DNA from: a virus
Length of the DNA stretch: 45,113 nt
Strand: one strand, 5' to 3'
Virus genome (UHGV): UHGV-0116246
The translations under genes and the position numbers were made by a program. The notes under the pieces were generated by a model, which worked only from the letters and a program-made list of their open reading frames with translations, did no database searches and was not told the DNA's origin. Positions within the stretch are counted from its first letter, which is position 1; each line of letters begins with the position of its first letter. Below are positions 1-8,360 of the stretch, piece by piece.

Positions 1-268
1 CCTTTTTTATATGAAAAACAACAAGTTATATTTGTCTTATGGGTATATAGCACTTGCTATATCACCATAAGGCAAAAAATGTTTGACTTTAAATAATTAT
101 TATGATATCATTTACATATGATATAGACTCTTACACACCTCTGACTTTTAGTTATGTGGCTCATGTTAGAGTCGATTTTTTTTATTAGGATTTCCAGAAA
201 ATTGGAAAACTTATTTAAATATTGTTTACTTAGAAATAAAAGCACAGAGTTATTTAAACTTTGTGCTT

Positions 269-1654
269 TTAAATATTTAGATAAATTTCAATGTTTTTTT
301 CATTATCTATATTTATTCTTTTTATAATTTTTCTTAATATTTTTTTTGTGTCCTCTCGATCTTCTATATTAATATTTTCTATTATTTTTTTAAACACTTT
401 TATGATATCAGTATCTATTTTTCTTATTGCTTCAACTTCAATATTTTTTTCTTTTTCTTTCACTTCAAGTAATTTTTGTTCTACTTCAAGTAATCTAGTA
501 TTGTATTCCTCTTTTTCTAGTGTACCATCTATAAGAAAATCTTTCAATCTTTTCTTTTTAGCTTCTAAGTTATTTTTTGTTTTTTCCAAGATGCTTTTTT
601 CATTATATTTTTTATTTTCATTTTTTATTTTTTTATTTAAAGCTTTTAAAGCATCACCATTTATCAATTCATCTATTACCATATTTTCTATTTCAGCACT
701 TTTAAAATGCTTTGAGCAGGAGAAACATCTGTAATAATAATTATTTAATACCGTATTACCTCTAAACTTGTCATCACACTCACTGTGAAACAAAAGTCCT
801 GATAATAAAAATTTTGAATTGTGATTAGGTTTTATTCTTAGTTCTTTATTTTTATCTCTTATAGCTTTCACTTTTTCAAATATTTCTAAGCTTATTATGG
901 GTTCCCAATCTCCTAAAGCTTCAATTATAGAACTTTTATCTTTATTTCTTACTAATTTAAATGTAGATTTATTCATTTTTGTTTTTCCAAAAATATTATA
1001 TCCTGCATAAACTTTATTATTTAGCCAATTACTTATGGTAGAATGATCCCTATTAATTTCTTTTGCAATAGTTCTAAAGCCTTTACCTTCTAGGTAGGCA
1101 TTAAATACATATCTTATAATTTCTGCTTCTTCTTCAACTATAACCATTTTTTTATCTACTATTTTATAACCATAAGGGGCACTATTCATTCTTTTCCCTT
1201 CTTTTACTCTTATAACCATATTATCCCTAACTCTACTAGAATTATCAAATCTAAAAAAATCAAATATGGCAGCTAAAATAGTTAAAATTAATTTTCCCAT
1301 AGCACTATCACTATCAAGGGTAGGGTTATTTATTAGCTTTAGTTTAACTCCTATCATATTTAGGTAATTGAATAATTCAAGGAAGGTGAAAGCATCTCTT
1401 GCTATTCTGCTTACATCATAAGCAATAAACATATCTATATTACCTTTGTTTTCTTCCATAAATTTTTTTGCCGCAAGAAAGCCAGGTCTTCTTCTATTCC
1501 CCCCAGACATGACATCAGAGAAAACCTTTATAAGTTCAATGTCATTATCTCTACAGAAAATCTCTCCACCCTGAATTTGAGTAGAGAGGCTTTCTTTTTC
1601 TTCCTGCATTTCTGTAGATACTCTATAATAAGCAATGGCTTTAAGCTTACTCAT
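269..1654 (-). CDS. Large serine recombinase (prophage integrase)
   Basis: 461 aa. N-terminal resolvase-type catalytic motif AYYRVSTEMQ with catalytic Ser. Recombinase domain, Cys cluster (YYYRCFSCSKHF, zinc ribbon) and long C-terminal coiled coil, as in large serine integrases. Confidence 0.85.
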   Translation of the reverse strand: MSKLKAIAYYRVSTEMQEEKESLSTQIQGGEIFCRDNDIELIKVFSDVMSGGNRRRPGFLAAKKFMEENKGNIDMFIAYDVSRIARDAFTFLELFNYLNMIGVKLKLINNPTLDSDSAMGKLILTILAAIFDFFRFDNSSRVRDNMVIRVKEGKRMNSAPYGYKIVDKKMVIVEEEAEIIRYVFNAYLEGKGFRTIAKEINRDHSTISNWLNNKVYAGYNIFGKTKMNKSTFKLVRNKDKSSIIEALGDWEPIISLEIFEKVKAIRDKNKELRIKPNHNSKFLLSGLLFHSECDDKFRGNTVLNNYYYRCFSCSKHFKSAEIENMVIDELINGDALKALNKKIKNENKKYNEKSILEKTKNNLEAKKKRLKDFLIDGTLEKEEYNTRLLEVEQKLLEVKEKEKNIEVEAIRKIDTDIIKVFKKIIENINIEDREDTKKILRKIIKRINIDNEKNIEIYLNI

Positions 1655-1751
1655 CTAATAATCCTTTCTTGCTTGCTAGATTTATAATTTCATTTTGTAA
1701 CATTTCTATTAATTTTTCGTCTGTTTTATCTGCATTTATAATTTTAACCAT
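1647..1751 (-). CDS. Small 34-aa protein translationally coupled to integrase (ATGA overlap), possible recombination directionality or regulatory factor
   Basis: ORF MVKIINADKTDEKLIEMLQNEIINLASKKGLLDE preceded by AGGAGG. Its stop overlaps the integrase ATG. Confidence 0.3.
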   Translation of the reverse strand: MVKIINADKTDEKLIEMLQNEIINLASKKGLLDE

Positions 1752-1957
1752 TTTTATTTCCTCCTATTACATTAATATCTTCTTTTAATCTTGATTTACT
1801 ATTAAAATTGCTGAACCTGTTTCTTGTATCCTAACTTTACCATCAATATATACTGCAAAAGGTCTATGTTTGTATTTAGAATGTTTAAAAACATTCAGGT
1901 CATATTTCCCTCTTTGTAGTTCGTCTATTTTCTTTTTAGTTTTTTTATACTTCTCTT

Positions 1958-2215
1958 TTACTCATAACTCCTCACCAACTCCACGTACTTTATTTCATCT
2001 TCGTAATTAAAATTTTTATGTATAAAATCAAATAACTCTAAACGGGTTAATTTATCAATGCTTTTCCTTAATTTGTCATTATAAAATAAATCAACAGAAT
2101 AATCATCGCAATTATATTTCATTATTAATAATTCTATTCTTCGATTATCTATCATCATAACCATATTTTGTGGATTTAAATCAATCAGTTTTGACATTAA
2201 ATCTTTTTTAGTCAT
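1958..2215 (-). CDS. Hypothetical protein; domain paralogous to N-terminus of 2716-3306
   Basis: 85 aa. Aligns with first ~85 aa of the MazG-like protein (MTKxxLxxxIxxL...DNxxxELxxxKxxxxxYxxDxxYxxxLxxSIxKLT). Confidence 0.5.
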   Translation of the reverse strand: MTKKDLMSKLIDLNPQNMVMMIDNRRIELLIMKYNCDDYSVDLFYNDKLRKSIDKLTRLELFDFIHKNFNYEDEIKYVELVRSYE

Positions 2216-2658
2216 TAAAAAACCTCTGTAACATCTTTAGTTCTTAACACTCTAAAATTATAACCTAAGTAAGAGTTATTTATATAAAAGTCTTTTAATC
2301 TATCTGGTGTTATTTTAATGCCATTGTATAAGGTTAATACAGCCACTCTACCCCTAGTTTTAGCCTCTTGTTTGTTATACTCATCAATTTTTATATTAAA
2401 TTGATTACCTATAACTCTGAAACCTTTTAGTTTTCCTTCTTCTTTTACTAATACAACGTCACCATGTCTTAGTTTTCTTAATTTAAGTTTAAACAATATC
2501 GTTTTTAAGTTCATCATTACCCTTAATTCACCATCTTTAAAATATCTTCCTTCTGCTATGTCGAAGGCACTTTTTAGCGTACCTTCAATAGTTTTAGTTC
2601 CAGGAAGGAAAATTCGATCTCCTGAAAATGAAAAGCAATATTTTTTATTTTTAATCAT
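2215..2658 (-). CDS. Hypothetical protein
   Basis: 147 aa ORF sandwiched between the two paralogous-domain genes. No confidently recognised motif. Confidence 0.45.
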   Translation of the reverse strand: MIKNKKYCFSFSGDRIFLPGTKTIEGTLKSAFDIAEGRYFKDGELRVMMNLKTILFKLKLRKLRHGDVVLVKEEGKLKGFRVIGNQFNIKIDEYNKQEAKTRGRVAVLTLYNGIKITPDRLKDFYINNSYLGYNFRVLRTKDVTEVF

Positions 2659-2715
2659 CTCCCATACCTCCCTATCTATTCAAAATATATTCTCTATTTT
2701 TCATTTTAGTCCTCC

Positions 2716-3306
2716 CTACTTTAAATATTTCTCTTTTCTTTTTTCCAGTTTCTCTTTCCAAGCTTCTATATCCTCATTAGTCATAATACCTGTTTCAATT
2801 AAATGTTGTGCAAAGCTTATAGACGCTTGTACCATATCAAGAGCTTCAAGGCATATTTTTTTTCTGTAGTCTTCTATATCTTCTGGATGCATATTTTCAT
2901 ATTTTGCTTCTTCATAATCTTCGTAAGCATTACAAAGTTCATAATATTCTTCTTCTACTTTATTAAGATGTTCATCTGTAGGTACTATCATCTTTCCAAA
3001 TTCCATTGTGAACATATTCATATCTAAATTAGCTTTATTCATTATTGCTTCCTCCACTTTAACTATATATTCTATCCCTGTTTCATTATCATAGTATAGG
3101 TCTAATCTGTCGAATTGCTCAAATAATTTGGTTAATGTAAGTTTTGTGATTGAATCTTCTAAGCCTCCATCATACCAAACATCAAGGTCATAACTGTTAT
3201 AATCTTGCTTTGTTACTACAAGTTCAACTCCTGTATTATCATTTATTCGTATAATCTCACCTTGTTTTAATTGGCTTATTCTTTTTGATAGTTCTGGTTT
3301 AGTCAT
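2716..3306 (-). CDS. Two-domain protein: N-terminal domain shared with 1958-2215 plus C-terminal MazG-like nucleotide pyrophosphohydrolase-like helical domain
   Basis: C-terminal EEEYYELCNAYEDYEE ... ICLEALDMVQASISFAQHL resembles the MazG/NTP-PPase EExxE...helical signature. This is recognition, not a search result. Confidence 0.45.
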   Translation of the reverse strand: MTKPELSKRISQLKQGEIIRINDNTGVELVVTKQDYNSYDLDVWYDGGLEDSITKLTLTKLFEQFDRLDLYYDNETGIEYIVKVEEAIMNKANLDMNMFTMEFGKMIVPTDEHLNKVEEEYYELCNAYEDYEEAKYENMHPEDIEDYRKKICLEALDMVQASISFAQHLIETGIMTNEDIEAWKEKLEKRKEKYLK

Positions 3307-3390
3307 TTGCTCCTCCTAAAATCAAAATAATATCAACTGGTTTATCTGCATCTATTCCATTAAAAATTTCTACTTGCATTATTCCTCTTT

Positions 3391-3549
3391 TTATTGTCCA
3401 AAATTTTCACAAGCATCTTCGTTTGGTAATTTGTGTTCTACTATCAATTCACAAATTTGATAATAGCAATTGTAACACACACACTCTTGACAAGTTTTAG
3501 GTTCAACTATTTTACCTTTTAATTTTTCTTTCATTTCTTCAATAGTCAT
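3391..3549 (-). CDS. Small Cys-rich protein (52 aa, CxxCxCxxC...C), putative zinc-binding
   Basis: ORF MTIEEMKEKLKGKIVEPKTCQECVCYNCYYQICELIVEHKLPNEDACENFGQ. Its ATG overlaps the stop of the upstream gene (ATGA). Confidence 0.35.
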   Translation of the reverse strand: MTIEEMKEKLKGKIVEPKTCQECVCYNCYYQICELIVEHKLPNEDACENFGQ

Positions 3550-3767
3550 ACTTTAGTCCTCCTATTTCTTATTCTTTCAAAGTAATACGCTATCTTATGA
3601 TAGTGGACAAGTACCCATTCATCTAAAAGAGTTCTATAAGCTAAGTCAGCAATTCTTCTACTATTGCTCATATCCCTCTGAACAAACCCATTCATAAATA
3701 ATAAATCTTTGTTATACCTTCCTCTTGTCACGTGCTTTGGTCTATTCCTTTTATTAAAAGCTCTCAT
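3546..3767 (-). CDS. Hypothetical small basic protein
   Basis: 73 aa, Arg/Lys-rich. Possible nucleic-acid binding. No firm family. Confidence 0.4.
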   Translation of the reverse strand: MRAFNKRNRPKHVTRGRYNKDLLFMNGFVQRDMSNSRRIADLAYRTLLDEWVLVHYHKIAYYFERIRNRRTKV

Positions 3768-3776
3768 TAATGCCTC

Positions 3777-3926
3777 CTAAATTTCATATATAACTAACGC
3801 CACCATTCGTGCGTCGTCACCTTCTATTTTTATATCTTTTAAATCAATTAGTTCAGTCCGAAGAAAACAATTTATTTGTTCTTCAATTTTAAAAATATTT
3901 CCTACAAAAAATTTTACTTTTATCAT
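3777..3926 (-). CDS. Hypothetical small protein (49 aa)
   Basis: ORF MIKVKFFVGNIFKIEEQINCFLRTELIDLKDIKIEGDDARMVALVIYEI with GGGGTGA RBS. Fills an otherwise empty gap in the operon. Confidence 0.3.
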   Translation of the reverse strand: MIKVKFFVGNIFKIEEQINCFLRTELIDLKDIKIEGDDARMVALVIYEI

Positions 3927-4003
3927 TATTTCACCCCTATTATAGTAAGCCTCATACTTATAAAACCATATAAAATCAAAATTACGAGGTCTTATTTTAA
4001 TTT

Positions 4004-4606
4004 TTATTTAATAAAACTTTCTATCTTTTTTCTTTGCTCAACACATTCTAATCTTTTCTTTTCTCTCGTATCTTTAACAACCCCTAAAAAGTCATAAGGA
4101 ATGTAGGTGCTGTAAGAACTTTTATACTGTTCACTAAATAATAACTCTAGTGATTTAAACGCTTTTTTCTCTATATAAACTATATCATTATCAATCATTT
4201 TAAGTTCTTTTTCTAATTCCTTCAACTTCTCGACAGCTTTTATAACTTCTTCTACTGTAACATCAATATCTTTATCAGGATTTTTATGTCTAAGATTAAT
4301 AATAATTTTATCTAGTGCATCAATTTTTGTCATTTCTTGTTCATCTGCATAAATATATCTATTTCCATCATATTCTCTATATTTTGACGGTATTTTTTCT
4401 ATATCAAATGATTTTATATTCATTTTAAAAAGCAATATTCCATCATATTCTTTATCCAACAGAACTGTATATCTTGTCATGTTTTTAAATCTTGGGTATT
4501 TCCATTGTTCATCGTTTATAACTACTATTCCAGTTATTACTTTACCTCTAGTTTTGCTTGAAACTATCTTAACTCTATCCCCGACATTAAAATAAGCTTT
4601 TTCCAT
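4004..4606 (-). CDS. Hypothetical protein
   Basis: 200 aa. N-terminal GDRVKIV...GKV (KOW-like) then coiled coil. Confidence 0.45.
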   Translation of the reverse strand: MEKAYFNVGDRVKIVSSKTRGKVITGIVVINDEQWKYPRFKNMTRYTVLLDKEYDGILLFKMNIKSFDIEKIPSKYREYDGNRYIYADEQEMTKIDALDKIIINLRHKNPDKDIDVTVEEVIKAVEKLKELEKELKMIDNDIVYIEKKAFKSLELLFSEQYKSSYSTYIPYDFLGVVKDTREKKRLECVEQRKKIESFIK

Positions 4607-5353
4607 TTATTCCTCCCTTTTATAATTCTCTATCCTGAAAGCCTTAAAATGTCCTGGATAGATTTTTTTAATATCTGCTACTATTGTTGGAGTAAGCCAT
4701 ACACCATAAATATGATATTTGCTTTCAAATTCTTTTTTGGTCATATTGTGTGCTTTTGCATGGCATTCTCCACAAAGACTAATCATTCTACCTTGTAAGC
4801 CATCATCTTTTTTATAAGTGCCAGTTGTAGCTCCAATAGTGTCATAATGGTGGATAGTAACATCATAGTAGCTTCCACATACTGCACACCTTTTGGATCT
4901 TATACAAGCTATTACATATTTATTTATATCAGGACATATATCCCTAGAATGTTTATATGTCCTTTTCTCTCCTTTTCCCTCTGGTATTATTAAGTTATAC
5001 CCTTGCTCTATAGAATGTTCTATAATGAATTGTATAAATTCTGTGGCTATTTCTACAGAACAAGCACTAGGTTTATGAGGAGAGATAGAAAAGTATTCTA
5101 TTTCTCTGCTACTGCAAAATTCATTTTCTAAAACTTCTCTCATTTCTTCCCTCTCATATCCTACTAATTGCCCGTACTCACCACACAAACACCAAATCAA
5201 TTTTGACTGGTCTAAGGATAGTCTATCAATTTTAATCACGTTTATTTCACTTTTCTGTAGCTTAGTTATAAGATTATATATTTCTTTTAAAGATTTATTA
5301 GAGGGAACATATAAATTTATATTCCCATTTTCTTCTTTTAATTCTAAATTCAT
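4607..5353 (-). CDS. NinG/Rap-like (DUF968-type) Cys/His-cluster protein, putative recombination-associated nuclease
   Basis: C-terminal RCAVCGS..HHxxxxG..........CGECHAKAH cluster typical of lambda NinG-like proteins. Adjacent to the Rad52-family gene. Confidence 0.45.
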   Translation of the reverse strand: MNLELKEENGNINLYVPSNKSLKEIYNLITKLQKSEINVIKIDRLSLDQSKLIWCLCGEYGQLVGYEREEMREVLENEFCSSREIEYFSISPHKPSACSVEIATEFIQFIIEHSIEQGYNLIIPEGKGEKRTYKHSRDICPDINKYVIACIRSKRCAVCGSYYDVTIHHYDTIGATTGTYKKDDGLQGRMISLCGECHAKAHNMTKKEFESKYHIYGVWLTPTIVADIKKIYPGHFKAFRIENYKREE

Positions 5354-5371
5354 TGTTCCCTCCTGTTTACT

Positions 5372-5938
5372 TTAATATTGTTCTGCCTCTTTTCTAGTTA
5401 TAAAGAAATGTATTCCAGAACTGCATTCATTCCATCTATCTTTATCAAAATCATTTATTTCAATCGTTTCCCCAACTATATATTCAAAATCTGAATCTTG
5501 TTTACTTATAGCTCTTTCAAAACTTTCTTTTTTATCTATAGATAATATTTCAAGAACTTTTACTTTGTTAGCTCTACATTTTCTTGTAGTAGCTGAACTT
5601 CTTAAAGCATCATCTGTTATTAATAATTTTACTATTCTATCTTCTCTACATTTTTTAAAACCTATAAAGCTACATTCCTCAGGACACTGCAAAGCATAAA
5701 AGCAAGTTCCTTCATTATAAGTTGGTACTACTTTTAGATCAGCCCAACTTAGATCAGCCCCACTTAGATTAGCCCAACTTAGATTAGCTCCACTTAGATT
5801 AGTCCTACTTAGATCAGCCCCACTTAGATTAGCCCAACTTAGATCAGTCCAACTTAGATTAGCCCTTTCTCCTCCATCTTCATTATTCAACCATTTATTA
5901 TGTTTTTCTAAAATTTCTTTTAATTCTAATTCTGTCAT
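5372..5938 (-). CDS. Pentapeptide-repeat protein with distinct C-terminal domain
   Basis: Residues ~25-70 are consecutive A(N/D)LSx pentapeptides. The DNA shows 8 tandem 15-bp units. C-terminal tail ends in a conserved-looking SSGIHFFITRKEAEQY motif. Confidence 0.7.
   Translation of the reverse strand: MTELELKEILEKHNKWLNNEDGGERANLSWTDLSWANLSGADLSRTNLSGANLSWANLSGADLSWADLKVVPTYNEGTCFYALQCPEECSFIGFKKCREDRIVKLLITDDALRSSATTRKCRANKVKVLEILSIDKKESFERAISKQDSDFEYIVGETIEINDFDKDRWNECSSGIHFFITRKEAEQY
5741..5860 (-). repeat. Intragenic tandem 15-bp repeats (8 units) encoding the pentapeptide repeats
   Basis: agcccaacttagatc-like units repeated head to tail, in frame. Not a CRISPR array (no spacers). Confidence 0.8.
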
Positions 5939-5952
5939 AATATCCTCCTATT

Positions 5953-6441
5953 TTATTCTTTAGGTAATGCCCAATTTGGAAGTGTTGGAGTTTTCCAGTA
6001 AATTATTTTATTGTCTTTAGTTTTACATTTATTCCAACCTTTTTCTGCTTCAAACTTACATTCTGCAAATGTTTCATCTAAGTAATATAAATATCTACCT
6101 ATGCTTAAACCACTAGCGGCAGTTCTTTTTAAAGCTCCGGATATCCCCCCTTTGAAAGGTTCTACTTGTGTTTCCGAACAACCATCTTCTTTGTATATCC
6201 ATTCATTTCTTTTATCACTCCAAAAGTATAATCTACATATAATGTTATTATCATTTTTTCCTGTTCTATATTCAACTTTCCAACCATCTATTCCAAATAC
6301 TTCATCTAATCTGTTTTGAATAGCTCTAGCAGTTACATAAGCTAAAACTTTAACCCATGGTCTATCATTACTTACACCACAACTTTGAACTCTCCATTCT
6401 ATTTCTTTTTCTTTAAAAGGTGCTTTTAATTTATTAATCAT
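5953..6441 (-). CDS. Rad52/Rad22-family single-strand annealing protein (Sak-like recombinase)
   Basis: EIEWRVQ...WVKVLAYVTARAIQNRLDEVFGIDGWKVEY matches the Rad52-type phage SSAP signature. Confidence 0.6.
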   Translation of the reverse strand: MINKLKAPFKEKEIEWRVQSCGVSNDRPWVKVLAYVTARAIQNRLDEVFGIDGWKVEYRTGKNDNNIICRLYFWSDKRNEWIYKEDGCSETQVEPFKGGISGALKRTAASGLSIGRYLYYLDETFAECKFEAEKGWNKCKTKDNKIIYWKTPTLPNWALPKE

Positions 6442-6613
6442 TTTTATTCTCCTTTCTAAAAGCTTCTATTTCAATTTCTAGTTGCTTTACTCTTTCCTCA
6501 AATCTTAACCAGCCTTCTTTATATGTTAAAGGGTATTTTTTGTCAAATTCTCTACTCTTCAATTCTTTTATAAGATCAGATAAAGATAGCATTTCTTTTA
6601 TAGTATCTTTCAT
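6434..6613 (-). CDS. Hypothetical coiled-coil protein
   Basis: ORF track 6434-6685. Likely starts at internal MKDTIKEM. Confidence 0.35.
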   Translation of the reverse strand: MKDTIKEMLSLSDLIKELKSREFDKKYPLTYKEGWLRFEERVKQLEIEIEAFRKENKND

Positions 6614-6617
6614 ATAA

Positions 6618-6887
6618 TCACCCACAACATACAGATATATAATCAGCTTCACATTGTTCTCTGTATCTTTCTTCTTCTTCTGCACCTTCCCAGTATTGTT
6701 CTATAGCTTCTTTTATTCTTCCACCTATAGTTTTATATTCTTCAATTTCACAAGAGTCTGTTTCTTCATATCCATTAACTTTAAATTTAAATTCTATTTC
6801 TTCTTCATTAAGAATATTGTAACTTGTTATTGTTCCTTGCTCTTTTGCAAAATGTAGATATTTTATAGCTTTTAATAGTTCTTCCAT
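6618..6887 (-). CDS. Hypothetical acidic protein
   Basis: 89 aa, Glu-rich, C-terminal CC. Confidence 0.4.
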   Translation of the reverse strand: MEELLKAIKYLHFAKEQGTITSYNILNEEEIEFKFKVNGYEETDSCEIEEYKTIGGRIKEAIEQYWEGAEEEERYREQCEADYISVCCG

Positions 6888-6997
6888 TCTCTTTCAACCT
6901 CCCTAAAAAACCAGCCACATTCTAAATCTTCTATCTCACTTGTATCTATTCCGTCATCTTCTGGTGGGTCATAATAGCTTCCTACTTTTCTTTCCAT
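6872..6997 (-). CDS. Tiny ORF (41 aa), acidic
   Basis: MERKVGSYYDPPEDDGIDTSEIEDLECGWFFREVEREWKNY. RBS GGAGG. Overlaps neighbours by a few nt (operon packing). Confidence 0.25.
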   Translation of the reverse strand: MERKVGSYYDPPEDDGIDTSEIEDLECGWFFREVEREWKNY

Positions 6998-7196
6998 ATC
7001 TACCTCCTAACTAAAAGCTCTTAACATAAACCATGTATCTTCAGCCGTCATTTCTTCAACTGGATAACCAAGTTTTTTTAATTTCTTAATAATTCTTTTA
7101 AAGTCTAATAATTTCATCTTGCAGCCTCCCAAACCAACATTAATATAACTAAAAATATTGTGATAACAGCTCCTATATCATAGATAAATTTCATGT

Positions 7197-7319
7197 TTAC
7201 CTCCTAAGCCATTCTAATAAGGCTAACATTAATTCTCTTCTAATAGAAATCAGCTCAATAGAATAAGCTATTGCTATTATTGCTATTATCAGCATAATAA
7301 AGTCTTTTATCTTATTCAT
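7197..7319 (-). CDS. Small hydrophobic protein (40 aa, one TM)
   Basis: MNKIKDFIMLIIAIIAIAYSIELISIRRELMLALLEWLRR. Strong AGGAGG RBS. Followed by a second 26-aa hydrophobic ORF (7114-7194) and a 36-aa ORF (7009-7117) chained by ATGA overlaps. Confidence 0.3.
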   Translation of the reverse strand: MNKIKDFIMLIIAIIAIAYSIELISIRRELMLALLEWLRR

Positions 7320-7513
7320 GCTCTCCTCCTAAATCTAAACTGTTTAAAATTTTCTATTATATTTGGTTTTTTCATAAAATCTACCAAATCATGTAAAACT
7401 AAATTTTTATTTAATATATCTTCCTCTATTTCTTTTAACGTTTTATTTTGTTCTAAACCTTCTTTTATCAAATGTATTTTAAGTTCTGTATCTCCACTAT
7501 TCATTTTTATCAC
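7316..7513 (-). CDS. Hypothetical small protein
   Basis: 65 aa. Overlaps upstream RHH gene by 17 nt. Confidence 0.35.
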   Translation of the reverse strand: MIKMNSGDTELKIHLIKEGLEQNKTLKEIEEDILNKNLVLHDLVDFMKKPNIIENFKQFRFRRRA

Positions 7514-7646
7514 CTCTTACAGCTTTTAAAAGTTTTCTAAGAATAGTTTTAATATTTAGTCCAAGATCATTAGCTTTTTCAATGTTCTCTTTCTCAATTT
7601 GTACATGTGTTCTTACCTTGTTTTTTCTTCTTTTAATCTTTCTCAT
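7497..7646 (-). CDS. Ribbon-helix-helix (CopG/Arc-like) DNA-binding protein
   Basis: Start taken at internal Met with GGAGGAATAGAT-ATG RBS. MRKIKRRKNKVRTHVQIEKENIEKANDLGLNIKTILRKLLKAV fits the RHH beta-alpha-alpha pattern. Confidence 0.5.
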   Translation of the reverse strand: MRKIKRRKNKVRTHVQIEKENIEKANDLGLNIKTILRKLLKAVRGDKNE

Positions 7647-7688
7647 ATCTATTCCTCCATTTTTATATTTGATTTTGGAGTAACAGTA

Positions 7689-7740
7689 TGATATAATAAA
7701 GTTCTCAGGCAGTATTATTATCATACTGTTACCCCATTTG
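7689..7740. promoter_or_regulatory. Palindrome with 13-bp perfect arms (TAACAGTATGATA) upstream of RHH gene; possible operator/internal promoter
   Basis: AACAGTATGATATAATAAAG...TATTATTATCATACTGTT. Contains a TATAAT. Adjacent CCCCA...TGGGG hairpin. Confidence 0.35.
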
Positions 7741-7764
7741 ACTTCGGTTGAGTGGGGATTTTTA

Positions 7765-8160
7765 TTATTTATTTTTTCTCAAAAGCCAACAATAAACTTT
7801 ATATCTATTACTGTTACCATTTACAATATCATTTAGCCATTGACTAACAACTTTTCTCTCTAAGTCCATACTTTGTACTTCTTTTAAATATTCCTTAGCG
7901 TTTGTAATACCATATATTTTTCTTTTCATATTACTGTTAAGAATAATACTTCTATCACCTATAAAATCAGCAATTTTCCAAACTAACGGTCTACAACCAA
8001 AACCGTGACGTTTCAATGATAATTTATTACCTATCTTTTTAGCTACTCCGTTTTTATCAAGAAGAGGGCTTGCCAATGATACGCTTCCTACACCTTTTAA
8101 AAATCTTACTATTAGCTTGTTTTTTCTGTTTCCACTATTAAAAGCTTTCATTCCTAACAT
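7765..8160 (-). CDS. Hypothetical protein
   Basis: 131 aa, basic. No confident family. Confidence 0.45.
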   Translation of the reverse strand: MLGMKAFNSGNRKNKLIVRFLKGVGSVSLASPLLDKNGVAKKIGNKLSLKRHGFGCRPLVWKIADFIGDRSIILNSNMKRKIYGITNAKEYLKEVQSMDLERKVVSQWLNDIVNGNSNRYKVYCWLLRKNK

Positions 8161-8161
8161 C

Positions 8162-8359
8162 CTATAACTCCATTAATTTTTGCTTTATTTCTTCAAAGTT
8201 TTTATTTGAATTTTTACTTATTACATAGAAATTTTCTTCCATTCCTGGATAAAGCTCTATTGTTTCTTCATATAAAATTATATGTTCTATCTTATTTAAA
8301 TTAATTTTTATGTCATAATTTTTTTCGTCATCTAACTTACTTTTAAATGTTATCCACAT
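8162..8359 (-). CDS. Hypothetical small protein
   Basis: ORF track 8162-8431. Start placed at MWITFKSK with GGAGGACTAG RBS. Confidence 0.4.
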   Translation of the reverse strand: MWITFKSKLDDEKNYDIKINLNKIEHIILYEETIELYPGMEENFYVISKNSNKNFEEIKQKLMEL

Positions 8360-8360
8360 A

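Noticed and set aside
1-268. tRNA or obvious attachment-site core left of integrase
   Set aside because: No cloverleaf-compatible segment noticed. Only short palindromes such as ATGATATCAT. The attachment site cannot be placed without comparison to an empty site.
3876-4097. Plus-strand 73-aa ORF
   Set aside because: Phe/Ile/Lys low-complexity translation antisense to real minus-strand gene 4004-4606 and an intergenic AT-rich stretch. No RBS.
5741-5860. Regular 15-bp tandem repeats that could be mistaken for a CRISPR-like array
   Set aside because: Contiguous with no spacers and in frame inside a long ORF. They encode pentapeptide repeats.
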